From UHGV virus genome UHGV-1351279: a stretch of 64,000 bases of DNA; one strand, given 5' to 3'. The notes beneath the pieces are model-generated. The model made no database searches and was not told the origin of the DNA. It saw only the letters and a list, made by a program, of their open reading frames with translations. This stretch comes from a virus. How positions within the stretch are numbered: position 1 is the stretch's first letter; every line of letters begins with the position of its first letter. Shown one piece after another: positions 30,459-39,963 of the stretch. The position numbers and the translations under genes are program-made.

Positions 30459-30482
30459 ATGGGGTGCTTTTACACACCCCAT
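30459..30482 (-). terminator. hairpin ATGGGGTG-8 nt-CACCCCAT (weak terminator candidate downstream of the lipoprotein gene)
   Basis: 8-bp GC-rich stem in a 77-nt intergenic gap. Flanking sequence is only partly U-rich on the minus strand. Confidence 0.3.
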
Positions 30483-30516
30483 CTTGAATAAATAATAAAA
30501 TTATATGACACCAAAA

Positions 30517-31299
30517 TTAATTTCCTAAAATAACAGGAGTTTTACCATCTGTAATTATTACTTTATTACTTGTTGTTCTAAGCATTTCAATATATTGTTG
30601 CATTAGAATTTCCTTTGTAAGGCCTAAAGATTGAACTTTATTGGTTTCAGCATCAATCTTGGCTTTCTCAAGTAACATTTTAGAAGTTTCTAATTCATTC
30701 TTAACTCTATTGGCTTCTTGAATTGCTTTATTTCTGTTTTCAATAGCTACAAGCATTGAGGAAGGAGGTCTTAGTCCTGAAGTAAGAGTAGTTAATTTAA
30801 AATATTTATTCTCAAACTCTTCTTTAAGTCTTTTATTTACAGATTCTTCAAAAGAAGCCATATTATTCATAAGACTATCAGTTGTATATCTTCTGGCTTC
30901 CTCTCTATAAGCATCTGTAACCCTTTTATTGAGAATATTTTTCTCAACTAAGTCAAAGAATGAATCAGGATTAGAAATGTCATAATTCTTGTAAGAGAAT
31001 ACAATCTCAGGGCCTTTACCTCTAATAGGAACATAAGTATATACAGGGTCTACTGTAAATACACCTGCATCTTTTGCAGTGATTTCTACTTTATCAGGGT
31101 CTCCTGATTGTTCCCACATAGGAACTTGATACAATTCTGAGCCTGGTCCTAAGATACCTTGCGCACCTGTTACTACTTTGAAGGAATTAATCCCATTCCT
31201 TCCATACTCTGTCATTAGAACCCCTTCATAATTAGGTTCTGGTCTGTTACAAGAAACTAAAGCTGTAACGAGACTTACAATTAAAAACACTTTTCTCAT
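30517..31299 (-). CDS. lipoprotein (signal peptide with lipobox LVSC)
   Basis: MRKVFLIVSLVTALVSCNRPE. The track start (31326) is TTG; the ATG at 31297-31299 gives a canonical signal peptide. Confidence 0.5.
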   Translation of the reverse strand: MRKVFLIVSLVTALVSCNRPEPNYEGVLMTEYGRNGINSFKVVTGAQGILGPGSELYQVPMWEQSGDPDKVEITAKDAGVFTVDPVYTYVPIRGKGPEIVFSYKNYDISNPDSFFDLVEKNILNKRVTDAYREEARRYTTDSLMNNMASFEESVNKRLKEEFENKYFKLTTLTSGLRPPSSMLVAIENRNKAIQEANRVKNELETSKMLLEKAKIDAETNKVQSLGLTKEILMQQYIEMLRTTSNKVIITDGKTPVILGN

Positions 31300-31300
31300 A

Positions 31301-31474
31301 TTATTTTGATTTGAAAAATTTCTCAAAAGGGAAAAATATTATAAATACTATACTTACGATAAGCCCTATAAACCACAAATAAGGAGTATCACTCCTAAAC
31401 AAATACATTATAGTTATTATTAGAAATACTATAATTAAAATGAATAAGATAATTTTTAGTATTAATTTTCTCAT
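31301..31474 (-). CDS. small membrane protein (57 aa, below the ORF-track cutoff)
   Basis: Hand-translated as MRKLILKIILFILIIVFLIITIMYLFRSDTPYLWFIGLIVSIVFIIFFPFEKFFKSK. Fills the gap exactly between the MazG stop and the lipoprotein start. Confidence 0.4.
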   Translation of the reverse strand: MRKLILKIILFILIIVFLIITIMYLFRSDTPYLWFIGLIVSIVFIIFFPFEKFFKSK

Positions 31475-31475
31475 A

Positions 31476-32003
31476 TTACTTATCTTTTACAAATTGCCCA
31501 TTGCTATCCATGTGTCCTGTTCTTTTAGAAATTGTATTGTAAGCAATTTCTAAACATTCTAAAGAATCTATATTCTCCAAATAACAGTACATGTTTATAT
31601 TGATAAGAAATGCTGTTAGTGCTAAGCCATAGTATTTTCTTTCAAATAGCATGTCTATAAGTATGTTACTAAGAATTGCTAAGATTTCATTTGAGTCAGT
31701 CTCACTATTCTCTTCAACAAGTTTCTTAATATCATCTTTTTGATAAGCAAATTTAAATACAATACTAAAGTCAGCATTCTCTACTTCTTGTTTCTCAAAC
31801 CAAGTAGCATTAATTAATGTTACTAAAATATCACCTACTGAATCCTTTTTTAGTTCAGTATCTTTATTAATGTGAGCTGATATAAGCTCACCTAACTCCT
31901 CATGTGTTTTAAGAAGTTGTGCTTTTTTGTTACCTTTTTCATGGATACCTTTTTCTTTAGCCCAATCATTTACAAGGCTTACTAATTCATCTATTGTTTT
32001 CAT
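31476..32003 (-). CDS. MazG-like nucleotide pyrophosphohydrolase
   Basis: THEELGELISAHINKD...DSVGDILVTL matches the MazG EExxE...D metal-binding helix pattern. Confidence 0.5.
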   Translation of the reverse strand: MKTIDELVSLVNDWAKEKGIHEKGNKKAQLLKTHEELGELISAHINKDTELKKDSVGDILVTLINATWFEKQEVENADFSIVFKFAYQKDDIKKLVEENSETDSNEILAILSNILIDMLFERKYYGLALTAFLININMYCYLENIDSLECLEIAYNTISKRTGHMDSNGQFVKDK

Positions 32004-32024
32004 GTTTGAAATAATTTATTTTTC

Positions 32025-32366
32025 TTATTTTAAATATTTTTCATTAAAGCCATCAAAAGTGACTTCTCCTTGAGTACCATATTTCATACCATTCATAAAG
32101 AAGTACCTAAAAAACAGTTTATCCCATGTATGAATAGTGATTTGAAATATAAAGTTAGTATGTATATTACTTATTCTTTCTAACTCATCAATAACATCTT
32201 CATAATATACTTGTTTTATCTCATTTTCACCTCTTTCTAATAGTTCATAAAGAGGGAAAAGTTTTGTGAGTTTCCTATATGGTTTACAATCTATAGGTAT
32301 ATACTTTTTTGTAAAGCATTTTATCTCATAAAAATTTGTTTTCTGATAATCTTTTGCATTCATCAT
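32025..32366 (-). CDS. hypothetical protein
   Basis: 113-aa ORF. Confidence 0.4.
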   Translation of the reverse strand: MMNAKDYQKTNFYEIKCFTKKYIPIDCKPYRKLTKLFPLYELLERGENEIKQVYYEDVIDELERISNIHTNFIFQITIHTWDKLFFRYFFMNGMKYGTQGEVTFDGFNEKYLK

Positions 32367-32737
32367 CTTAGCCAGTTTAAGTATTCAAATAGTGGTGTGA
32401 AATGTTCATCTATTACATCATAACCTATACCTTGTATGATTAAAAAATAATATTCTCTATAGTATATTGGTACAAACCCTAATTCATATAATTTATCTAC
32501 ATTGCAATATTCTGAATCAATATAGAAATCATCACACATATAGATTACATTTTGCCAAACTTCATTTGTAGGTTGTATCTCTAATTTCTTAAAAAGGTCT
32601 TCATCATTAGGTAATACAAGTTCTGCATTTTTCTTCCAATCTTTTTCATCTAATATTTGAAAAGGTATAGCTGCAAACTCTTTTTGCATGAGCTGTATAA
32701 CTTTTCTTTTCCTGTCTGTGTATTCAATTGCATTCAT
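32363..32737 (-). CDS. hypothetical protein
   Basis: 124-aa ORF with 4-nt overlap. Confidence 0.4.
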   Translation of the reverse strand: MNAIEYTDRKRKVIQLMQKEFAAIPFQILDEKDWKKNAELVLPNDEDLFKKLEIQPTNEVWQNVIYMCDDFYIDSEYCNVDKLYELGFVPIYYREYYFLIIQGIGYDVIDEHFTPLFEYLNWLR

Positions 32738-32739
32738 TA

Positions 32740-33411
32740 TTAAAAACTAATTAGAGTTCTACCTATACTTATACCTATGTAAGGTTTTAATCCTTCTGGA
32801 GTTATACCATATCCAGCACTAACATTTAAACCCCATTTTTTAGGTTTAGGAAGTTTATAAACACTTCTTACCTCTTGAGTAGTTGAAAAGGGATTATGAT
32901 TAATCACATCTATATAAGTACCATCTTTTTCCTTAGAGAGTCTAATATCATATTGGTCTCTTGTGAATATTCTCAATGCTGTTGTATCTTTATTTATTGC
33001 TACAGTACCCCAAATCCAACCTTGTATATCAAAATCAGTCTCATAAGTTACATTTACTGTATCTTTTATCTTTGTTGTTTTAAATACAGTGTCAACTTTA
33101 GTTTCTGTTTTGATTATAGAAGCAGCCAAAGTACCTTTTTTTACAAGTTTCTGAAGGTCTTGTATAGTTTTATCTTTCACTTGTAATTGTTTAAAAAAAG
33201 ACATGTTATCTACTTCTATGGAGCTAATTCTTGAAATCATTTTACCTTCTTTATCTCTATAAGAACGTAATGAATCATTGAGTTGAGCTATGAGCCTTTT
33301 AGAGCTTATCTCTCTATCTCTATCAGAACATTCTCTAAACATTAGAGATATTAAAAGGAATAATCCAATAGTTAATAGCATTGGAGCTAAAAATCTAAAC
33401 ACTTTTACCAT
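32740..33411 (-). CDS. membrane-anchored protein (N-terminal TM/signal; C-terminus ends GRTLISF)
   Basis: MVKVFRFLAPMLLTIGLFLLISLMF is a hydrophobic N-terminus. A C-terminal aromatic residue after alternating hydrophobics is reminiscent of OMP beta-barrel termini; this is weak. Confidence 0.4.
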   Translation of the reverse strand: MVKVFRFLAPMLLTIGLFLLISLMFRECSDRDREISSKRLIAQLNDSLRSYRDKEGKMISRISSIEVDNMSFFKQLQVKDKTIQDLQKLVKKGTLAASIIKTETKVDTVFKTTKIKDTVNVTYETDFDIQGWIWGTVAINKDTTALRIFTRDQYDIRLSKEKDGTYIDVINHNPFSTTQEVRSVYKLPKPKKWGLNVSAGYGITPEGLKPYIGISIGRTLISF

Positions 33412-33779
33412 AATTTATTTTCTTCAAATTTTACTTCTCCTGTGCAAACTTGTTCATTACCATTATAGTAATAATTCTTTTCTATGTCTAATCTATCCTC
33501 TCCACTTCTTTCTACTACTATTTTTAGATAGGGAAATTGTTTAGATAATCTAAGAAAATCATCTGAAAAATCATACCATTTTTTATAGTATATATCTACT
33601 TGTTCAGGAAGAAGTTTATCTGCATAATAGGCAGAATCTTTATTTCTATCTTCTCTAATAACATCTGTTATGACACCTAAAGAATTATCATTTTCTAAGA
33701 AATCAAGTATTTCAACCTGCTGTTTTATTGTGAGGTCTTTCTTATTGAATGTAATCTTAAAATCACTGTTATATCCCAT
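33405..33779 (-). CDS. hypothetical protein
   Basis: 124-aa ORF. Confidence 0.4.
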   Translation of the reverse strand: MGYNSDFKITFNKKDLTIKQQVEILDFLENDNSLGVITDVIREDRNKDSAYYADKLLPEQVDIYYKKWYDFSDDFLRLSKQFPYLKIVVERSGEDRLDIEKNYYYNGNEQVCTGEVKFEENKLW

Positions 33780-33792
33780 AATTTTAAATTTA

Positions 33793-33812
33793 GGGGAGAG
33801 TTGCCCCTCCCC
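33793..33812 (-). terminator. GC-rich hairpin GGGGAG-8 nt-CTCCCC (terminator candidate)
   Basis: Only GC-rich element in a 51-nt AT-rich gap downstream of the ATPase gene. Confidence 0.3.
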
Positions 33813-33830
33813 AGATATTAATACTTAATC

Positions 33831-34574
33831 CTATACAAATATTTTGTCCCAATAAGTCTCTAATGTACCATCTTCAAGTTTCTTAGAGATTACAAACTCT
33901 TTATTGGATAAATGAGGGATGCGAGTTCCTCCAATTAATCCAATAGAAGGATTAAAAGATATAGTATTCTCATTAGGAGAACTCCTATATAATAATCCCA
34001 TAGCATCAGTCTTTAAAGCTAAAATATCTTTTAATTTACCCTCTAAAGCTAAGTCTTTTACATTACCTTCCATATCTTTATCCGTTTTTAAAGACTTGTC
34101 AGCTACATGCCCTAAAAGAATTAAACACTTACAGTAAGGTTTAAAGAAGTTAATAATTTGCTGAAAAGCATTTCTTTTGTAACCATAACCAGCACCATAA
34201 GCAAGATTTGTAATATCATATTTTAAATCTTTGATTTGGTTTTTAGCATTCATAGGGTCAGCATTATAATTTTTGATAGCTAATGTATTTGTTATAGTAT
34301 CATATAACATAGTAATAGTATCTAAAACTATAAAGTCAAATTGTGGTTTCTTTTCTCCAAATTCTTTACTGAGTTGAGAGAAAGTAGTATAGTCATTTAC
34401 TTTAATGTAATTACCACTATAGTAAGCCATACCATCATCAAAATCTAAAATAAGATAGTTACCTGGAAGGTGTGTCATAAGTTCAGTCTTTCCAATTTTT
34501 GGATAACTGAAAATAATCATTTCTCTTGCATTTTGAGAAACCTTTTCTTTCTTGATGTTTTCTAATAAACTCAT
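33831..34574 (-). CDS. AAA_24-like RecA-fold ATPase (phage recombination/replication accessory ATPase)
   Basis: N-terminal P-loop IIFSYPKIGKTEL followed by hydrophobic strand LILDFDDG. ~250 aa size and phage replication context fit AAA_24/Sak4-like ATPases. Confidence 0.4.
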   Translation of the reverse strand: MSLLENIKKEKVSQNAREMIIFSYPKIGKTELMTHLPGNYLILDFDDGMAYYSGNYIKVNDYTTFSQLSKEFGEKKPQFDFIVLDTITMLYDTITNTLAIKNYNADPMNAKNQIKDLKYDITNLAYGAGYGYKRNAFQQIINFFKPYCKCLILLGHVADKSLKTDKDMEGNVKDLALEGKLKDILALKTDAMGLLYRSSPNENTISFNPSIGLIGGTRIPHLSNKEFVISKKLEDGTLETYWDKIFV

Positions 34575-34589
34575 ACTAAATTAAAAATT

Positions 34590-34621
34590 AAGCCTGTCAA
34601 ACACTAAGACTTAACAGGCTT
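34590..34621 (-). terminator. rho-independent terminator (AAGCCTGT-16 nt-ACAGGCTT)
   Basis: 8-bp stem. On the minus strand it is followed by AATTTTTAATTT. Downstream of the 34697..34963 gene. Confidence 0.45.
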
Positions 34622-34696
34622 GATAAAAAATAAATAAAACTATAAAATAGGAATTGATAGGCACTGCAAAGATACAAATTATATTTGAACTAAAAA

Positions 34697-34963
34697 CTAA
34701 AATTCAATATAATCTATATCAAGTTCTTTACATTTCTTCTTAAACTGAACAAAATCAGTTACTAAAGATGGGTCTAAGTCAGACTCCCTAATAATCTTTT
34801 CAGATACATTCAAGTTATAGTGTCTAACCACATTCTCTGGTATAGAAATATCATCATCTTCAAAATAATGAGTTCTAATGTATTCTTTAATATGCTCATT
34901 TAATTTAGGTAAGAAAAGCACTTTGTAAACAATAGAACCTAACTCTCTAATTTGTTCTTCCAT
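34697..34963 (-). CDS. hypothetical protein
   Basis: 88-aa ORF. Confidence 0.4.
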   Translation of the reverse strand: MEEQIRELGSIVYKVLFLPKLNEHIKEYIRTHYFEDDDISIPENVVRHYNLNVSEKIIRESDLDPSLVTDFVQFKKKCKELDIDYIEF

Positions 34964-35291
34964 TTTTTATTTTTGATTTTAGTTCAACTATCTTTTTATT
35001 TAAACCCTTACAATTTTCTTTGTAAGTTTCAAATTTCTTCTTATAGTGTTCAAGCTCTGCTGAAATAAGTATTTTTTCTTCTTCTAAGCTTCTTACTTTA
35101 TCTTTCAATAAAGCTATATCCATTACAAGATTTCTTATATCTGCTTGATAGGCAGATTTTTTGCTTACTCTATAACCTACATTATAAAATATAGATATTA
35201 TTAGAGCAATTGCTAAAAATGTTTCTACAATTGTCATATTTTTAATTCCATAAATCACCTTTTGGAGGTGAATATCCAAAAATCTCCTCAC
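34947..35291 (-). CDS. membrane-anchored coiled-coil protein
   Basis: N-terminal TM (IVETFLAIALIISIFY) followed by a heptad-like K/E-rich segment. Confidence 0.4.
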   Translation of the reverse strand: MRRFLDIHLQKVIYGIKNMTIVETFLAIALIISIFYNVGYRVSKKSAYQADIRNLVMDIALLKDKVRSLEEEKILISAELEHYKKKFETYKENCKGLNKKIVELKSKIKNGRTN

Positions 35292-35904
35292 TAAATCTTG
35301 GAGGATAGTCTAATTCAAAATCATTATTAAACATCTCCTCCTTGATATTAGTGTCAAAATCTAAATTCACTCTTTTTATAAAAGCCTTTTTTCTTTTTTC
35401 ATCTTTAAGAAATACATCTCTTGTATTTTTCAGTATCTTATTTACTTCTCTTTCTAATGTTTTGTTTTCAAATTTCCTAAAACCAAAGTATTTCTTTACT
35501 TGTTCTTCACTATACATTAAGCTGTATTTACCTTTTATGAAATTGTACATAGCATTCTTAAATACATAAGGTATTTTCAGAACAACCATGTGTCCTGTAT
35601 TGAACTTACCATATTTGTATTCATAATCAGAAGTATAATAATGTTGTATCCTTACAAAATGTAGGAATTGTTGAAACTTTTCTCTGTACTTTTGAAGATT
35701 GATTTGCATGTGGTTTCTTAGTTCAACATCAAAAAGAATAAATAAATTATCTTCTTCAAAAGCTACATTTGTATCTCCAATTCCAATATTAAGTTTTATA
35801 AAAGAGGTAATATAATTGTCTAAATCTGGTCCATAATATTTTAATGTTGGGTATAGATACCTCCATGTTTTGTTCTTAAATAACTTTCCACTGTGTATTT
35901 CCAT
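35242..35904 (-). CDS. hypothetical protein
   Basis: 220-aa ORF. Confidence 0.4.
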   Translation of the reverse strand: MEIHSGKLFKNKTWRYLYPTLKYYGPDLDNYITSFIKLNIGIGDTNVAFEEDNLFILFDVELRNHMQINLQKYREKFQQFLHFVRIQHYYTSDYEYKYGKFNTGHMVVLKIPYVFKNAMYNFIKGKYSLMYSEEQVKKYFGFRKFENKTLEREVNKILKNTRDVFLKDEKRKKAFIKRVNLDFDTNIKEEMFNNDFELDYPPRFSEEIFGYSPPKGDLWN

Positions 35905-35916
35905 AACAAAATCAAA

Positions 35917-37011
35917 TTATTTAAGAGGTATAATACCTGCCCAATCTAACTTCAAATTATCTCCACTTTCTCTAAAAAGCCTATCTTCAGTAAAGTCATT
36001 CTCAACATAAAACAGGTAATCATCTATAAGGTCCATATAACCTTTTACATTATTTAATCTGTTATATACTGTATCTGTAGAATTACTTGCTTGTTCACCT
36101 CTTAGGTATAGGTAATCTCTACCATATTTACCCATAAACTCAAGGCTTTTATCACAAGTAAATATTACAGGCTCTTCATCTTCTTCAGTAGTACTCACTA
36201 CAATAAACTTAAAGTCTAATATTTTATAGTTTTTAAACTCATTATCTTCTTTCCACTGATAAAGTGCTTCTACATACCATGAAAGTTGAATGTCATACCT
36301 CCTTTTCCTTAAAGATTCAGGGAAATTCTTTACAGAATCACCAATAGTTTTAAGATCAATTGGAGTTATAGTTTTCTCTATATGGTTAATATAAACTATA
36401 TCTAAAAGAGCTTTACACTCTACTTCACTTATCTCAAACTCTATTGGTAACTGTTTTAGAATGGTAATATTTTCATCACTATCTCTAAAATACCTTGAAG
36501 TATACTGATTTGCATATACCTTTCTTACAATATTAGACACTATTTCTGCTTCTTCTTGAGTTAGAATAGTTTTATCTCCAGAACTTACAATCTCTTCCCA
36601 ATACTCATGATATTCTATGATTTTATTTATTCTTGTTTCAAGTTTCAAGTTCTTATAATAACCATGAGATTCACAGCTATCAATAATTTCTTGCTTTAGA
36701 AATTCCAAATTCTTATAAGAATCATCTTCAGCAATCTTATCTTTAGCATTAGAATAAACCTCGTATAATATGCTTTTTACCACATCTGATGGTTTATCAG
36801 CTAAATGAGAAATATAGTACTTCTCATTAAAATCTACCACACTGGTAAGATAAGTATCTACAGCACTACCTATTACAAAATGTTTCTTCTCTTCAAAGAA
36901 AAGCTCTGGTTCTTCTGTTTCAAGAAAAGCTTTTGGACTATATAAAAGAGTCTTTAACTTACTCTGTGATAGTCTTGGACTATCATAATAATTTTCTTTT
37001 GTTAATCCCAT
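35917..37011 (-). CDS. possible PD-(D/E)xK-fold nuclease
   Basis: LLDIVYINHIEKTITPIDLKT gives a D...E.K / D.K pattern. Adjacent to the Hjc-like resolvase. Weak call. Confidence 0.3.
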   Translation of the reverse strand: MGLTKENYYDSPRLSQSKLKTLLYSPKAFLETEEPELFFEEKKHFVIGSAVDTYLTSVVDFNEKYYISHLADKPSDVVKSILYEVYSNAKDKIAEDDSYKNLEFLKQEIIDSCESHGYYKNLKLETRINKIIEYHEYWEEIVSSGDKTILTQEEAEIVSNIVRKVYANQYTSRYFRDSDENITILKQLPIEFEISEVECKALLDIVYINHIEKTITPIDLKTIGDSVKNFPESLRKRRYDIQLSWYVEALYQWKEDNEFKNYKILDFKFIVVSTTEEDEEPVIFTCDKSLEFMGKYGRDYLYLRGEQASNSTDTVYNRLNNVKGYMDLIDDYLFYVENDFTEDRLFRESGDNLKLDWAGIIPLK

Positions 37012-37397
37012 TTTTCTATTTTACTAATTAATAATTTAAAGTCTTCAAAGGTCATACTTACAATTGTATCAAATTGTGTTCTTCTTTTACCTTGTCCAAC
37101 CTCCTTTTTGTGTATAAGGATATTAGGTAAAAAGTATTCTCTTGAGCCTTCAGGAAATATTTCCCTGACTCTATCATATACATATCTAATCTCCTTAGAA
37201 GCATTTAAGCCTTTCTGCTTACCTGCTTTTATCTGAATATTCATAGGTACAAAGAGAAGGTCAATACCTGCACCATCATGCATTTTTGAACCTTCTCTTG
37301 ATGTTTTACAATGTGTAAATCCTAATTCTCTGAATGCTGAAGCAAACTCTCTTTCAGCATTACTACCTTTTCTTTTATTTGTTGCTCCTTTTGTCAT
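37002..37397 (-). CDS. Hjc-like Holliday junction resolvase (PD-(D/E)xK)
   Basis: KGSNAEREFASAFRELGF...GAGIDLLFV matches the archaeal Hjc pattern KGSxxEREL...G...DLIA. Confidence 0.5.
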   Translation of the reverse strand: MTKGATNKRKGSNAEREFASAFRELGFTHCKTSREGSKMHDGAGIDLLFVPMNIQIKAGKQKGLNASKEIRYVYDRVREIFPEGSREYFLPNILIHKKEVGQGKRRTQFDTIVSMTFEDFKLLISKIEKWD

Positions 37398-38134
37398 AAT
37401 GTACTAAAAATATCTTCTACAAGTTTATCTTCAATATAGCTAAAATATTTTTCAACTTCTTCTAAGCTATTCATTTCAGGCAATAATTTTACAGTCTTAA
37501 ATATTTTAGAGCCTAAATTAGTTGTTTCTATAATATCTATATTAAACACTCTAACAAAGTGTAAATAATAAGTGTCAAATTTCTTTCTCCATGTATTGTA
37601 TTTATCATCTGTAAGAAACTTTCTATCTATATAAAGAGTTAGATTATTCTCTAAGTTCTTATCTACAAAATCTAATTTCTCCTCTGAAGATTTCAAACTA
37701 CAAAAAGCTATAAAGAAATGATTAGGAATACATAGAGATACTAAAAGTTCATTTGTATCTAAATCCCAAAGAGACCCTTGTGCATTGAATAAATTTACTA
37801 CATTATCACCAGATTTACTTCTCATAAATGAAAAGCTTAATCTTTGTTTTTTCATGTCTGTAAAAAAGTTATTATAAGACTTTTCAAATTGATGGTCATT
37901 TATATAGCTTTTATTCATCTTGTAAGAATAATAGATACTCTTTTCAGGACTTGACACACCTTCTATAAAGTTATCATATAGAAATAAACTGTTGGCAGGT
38001 ACAATCTTATTTTCTATAAATAAACAAATATCTTTCTCTATGTAAGAACTATTACTTATATCCTTTTTTAGATAAATTGAATTTGAAAGACCACTAAAAT
38101 ATTGGAACAACAAATTGTTTAATTCTCTATTCAT
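37394..38134 (-). CDS. hypothetical protein (co-operonic with E1-like gene; 8-nt overlap)
   Basis: 246 aa. Contains CIPNHFF, loosely reminiscent of the E2 HPN motif; not convincing. Confidence 0.4.
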   Translation of the reverse strand: MNRELNNLLFQYFSGLSNSIYLKKDISNSSYIEKDICLFIENKIVPANSLFLYDNFIEGVSSPEKSIYYSYKMNKSYINDHQFEKSYNNFFTDMKKQRLSFSFMRSKSGDNVVNLFNAQGSLWDLDTNELLVSLCIPNHFFIAFCSLKSSEEKLDFVDKNLENNLTLYIDRKFLTDDKYNTWRKKFDTYYLHFVRVFNIDIIETTNLGSKIFKTVKLLPEMNSLEEVEKYFSYIEDKLVEDIFSTL

Positions 38135-38822
38135 TTATCACAGTATTCATTGGTAATATATAATCCCATCTAAAAGGAACTTCTCTATCATCTTCACCTG
38201 TTACACAATTGGATAGGTGATTAGTAAAGAATCCTACAGCATGAGAAGAAGCCATACATGAAATATGTGTTGTTGATTTTAAAGTACATACTTCATCAGG
38301 TATCTTATCATCACTAAAAAGACTCTTTTTATAATCTTCTATCTTATCTGGTGTAACACAAAAGATTTGCATGTTCTCAAAATTAAGCCTTGTATCTATA
38401 AAGATTGGTACTTTATGTTTGTCTTTTTCATTGTAGTTATTTTCAACATATTTGCACCAATTATTAAAGAATATCTCTCTTGCTTTCATATTATCAAAGC
38501 AAGAAAACATAAATTTATCAGCATAACTATTTTGGTCATAGGGGTCTTTAGATACATTTATACTTACTAATGCAAAATCTTGTATTCTTCTTCTTAAAGC
38601 ATCCACTTTATAGCTACCTACATCATTATAACCAAAAAATTGTCCAGCTAAATTATGTTCTTCAATTTTGTCAAAATCATAAACAAAAGGCTTAAAGTTC
38701 ATTCTTGCTAATAGCAAAGAGGTGAAGGAACCTAAAGAACCTGCACCACCTACTATAACATTTCTAACTTCAGAGCTGAACCATACAGCCCCTTTAAATC
38801 TACTTGTTGTTATTTCGTTCAT
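38127..38822 (-). CDS. E1-like (ThiF/MoeB-family) adenylyltransferase
   Basis: Rossmann motif VIVGGAGSLGSFTSLLLAR (~38705-38760), as in ThiF/MoeB VxVxGxGGxGS. Downstream IPDEVCTLKSTTHISCMASSHAVG resembles the PxCT active-site Cys region of E1-like enzymes. Confidence 0.5.
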   Translation of the reverse strand: MNEITTSRFKGAVWFSSEVRNVIVGGAGSLGSFTSLLLARMNFKPFVYDFDKIEEHNLAGQFFGYNDVGSYKVDALRRRIQDFALVSINVSKDPYDQNSYADKFMFSCFDNMKAREIFFNNWCKYVENNYNEKDKHKVPIFIDTRLNFENMQIFCVTPDKIEDYKKSLFSDDKIPDEVCTLKSTTHISCMASSHAVGFFTNHLSNCVTGEDDREVPFRWDYILPMNTVINE

Positions 38823-38823
38823 A

Positions 38824-39963
38824 CTAAATTTTATTAATCATTTTCTGTATTGCTTCTACAAGTACTTCAATATACTTATTATACTTGCTTGGTTTTACAG
38901 TAAGGAAATCTTCATACTCTTCAAGTAAAGCTTCAAGAACTGCTTTAAAGCCTTCATCACTTTTGATATTAGGAAAATATTCATCATAAGTAGCTTCAAA
39001 ATTGTCATAGAATGTATCTTGTAATATCTTTGGAGCTATCTCATAATCAATATAATACTCTAATACATCCATAAAGTCTTTAAAAGTAGCTCTTTCAGAA
39101 AAACTTATAAGCACATTTACTGAAAACTCAGGAATAGTATTAGTAATAAAATAATCTTTCTCAACGCTTCTTTTTAGGTCTTTTTTTTTAGAGTAGATGG
39201 TACTTGGAATTACAGGAACAAATTTTCCTGTGCTTGGAGTAACACCATAACTTTTAGAATAACTACTTACAGTACCATTACTATTATAACCAACACCATA
39301 AGTATTGTTATTATAATTATTACCATAGGTAAAGTTACTCCCATAATTATACACAGGTACTTTCATAATGTCTTCTACAGCTTGAATGAAATCTTCTCTT
39401 AGATAAGGTCTTTCAATCTCAATATCACAGTCATAAATAACTAAGTACTGTTGGTTTTCATTATCTACACTGACACTATATTCTTGACCAAACTCATCAA
39501 GAGCTTTTGCTACTGTTTGAGAAGAGTTTGTATTGGCCACAAAACAAAGCTTAGCTACCATTTGTTCTCTGTTATTTACAATAAGAGATAAATAAATGTT
39601 ATTCTTAGGAGCATTAATCTCCAAATCTCTTATATCTGTACCAGAAAAGAATGAGTCCATGTTGTTATGGCTGTGAGTTGCTCCATATAAACAATCTTCA
39701 AACTGTTCATTTTTATTAATGAAATTCACATACCTTTCATCTACTTCATATTCTGTATAAGTAGCATTACCTTTATCTAAAGGAAGAATAGCTCTTGTAA
39801 TAATTCTCAAGTTCTCAGGATTTTTTATAGAACCTTCTAAATCATAGAAAAGTAATCCCGACCATTCTACACTATTTATTCTTTTACAGAGATATGTTAT
39901 CTCGCTGTAAACCTCTTTTGTAATTGTTAATTTTACTTTTGTAGATTGATTCAAATGCTTCAT
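38824..39963 (-). CDS. JAB/MPN (JAMM) metalloprotease-domain protein with N/Y/G-rich linker and C-terminal domain
   Basis: E33 (VEWSG) and HSHNNMDSFFSGTD (~39634-39675) give E...HxHx7Sx2D, the JAMM signature. Low-complexity YNYGSNFTYGNNYNNNTYGVGYNSNG ~39240-39370. Confidence 0.55.
   Translation of the reverse strand: MKHLNQSTKVKLTITKEVYSEITYLCKRINSVEWSGLLFYDLEGSIKNPENLRIITRAILPLDKGNATYTEYEVDERYVNFINKNEQFEDCLYGATHSHNNMDSFFSGTDIRDLEINAPKNNIYLSLIVNNREQMVAKLCFVANTNSSQTVAKALDEFGQEYSVSVDNENQQYLVIYDCDIEIERPYLREDFIQAVEDIMKVPVYNYGSNFTYGNNYNNNTYGVGYNSNGTVSSYSKSYGVTPSTGKFVPVIPSTIYSKKKDLKRSVEKDYFITNTIPEFSVNVLISFSERATFKDFMDVLEYYIDYEIAPKILQDTFYDNFEATYDEYFPNIKSDEGFKAVLEALLEEYEDFLTVKPSKYNKYIEVLVEAIQKMINKI

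Noticed and set aside
39181-39189. T9 homopolymer (A9 in mRNA) inside the JAB gene as a frameshift site
   Set aside because: The run is read in-frame as KKK (YSKKKDLK) and the ORF continues intact on both sides. There is no alternative-frame continuation of interest.
39884-39963. 80-nt overlap between the 415-aa gene and the JAB gene as evidence of a fused or frameshifted gene
   Set aside because: In the JAB frame a TAG lies 6 codons upstream of the JAB ATG, so the frames cannot be joined by a simple slip at the A7 run. More likely a genuine overlap or a slightly late stop.
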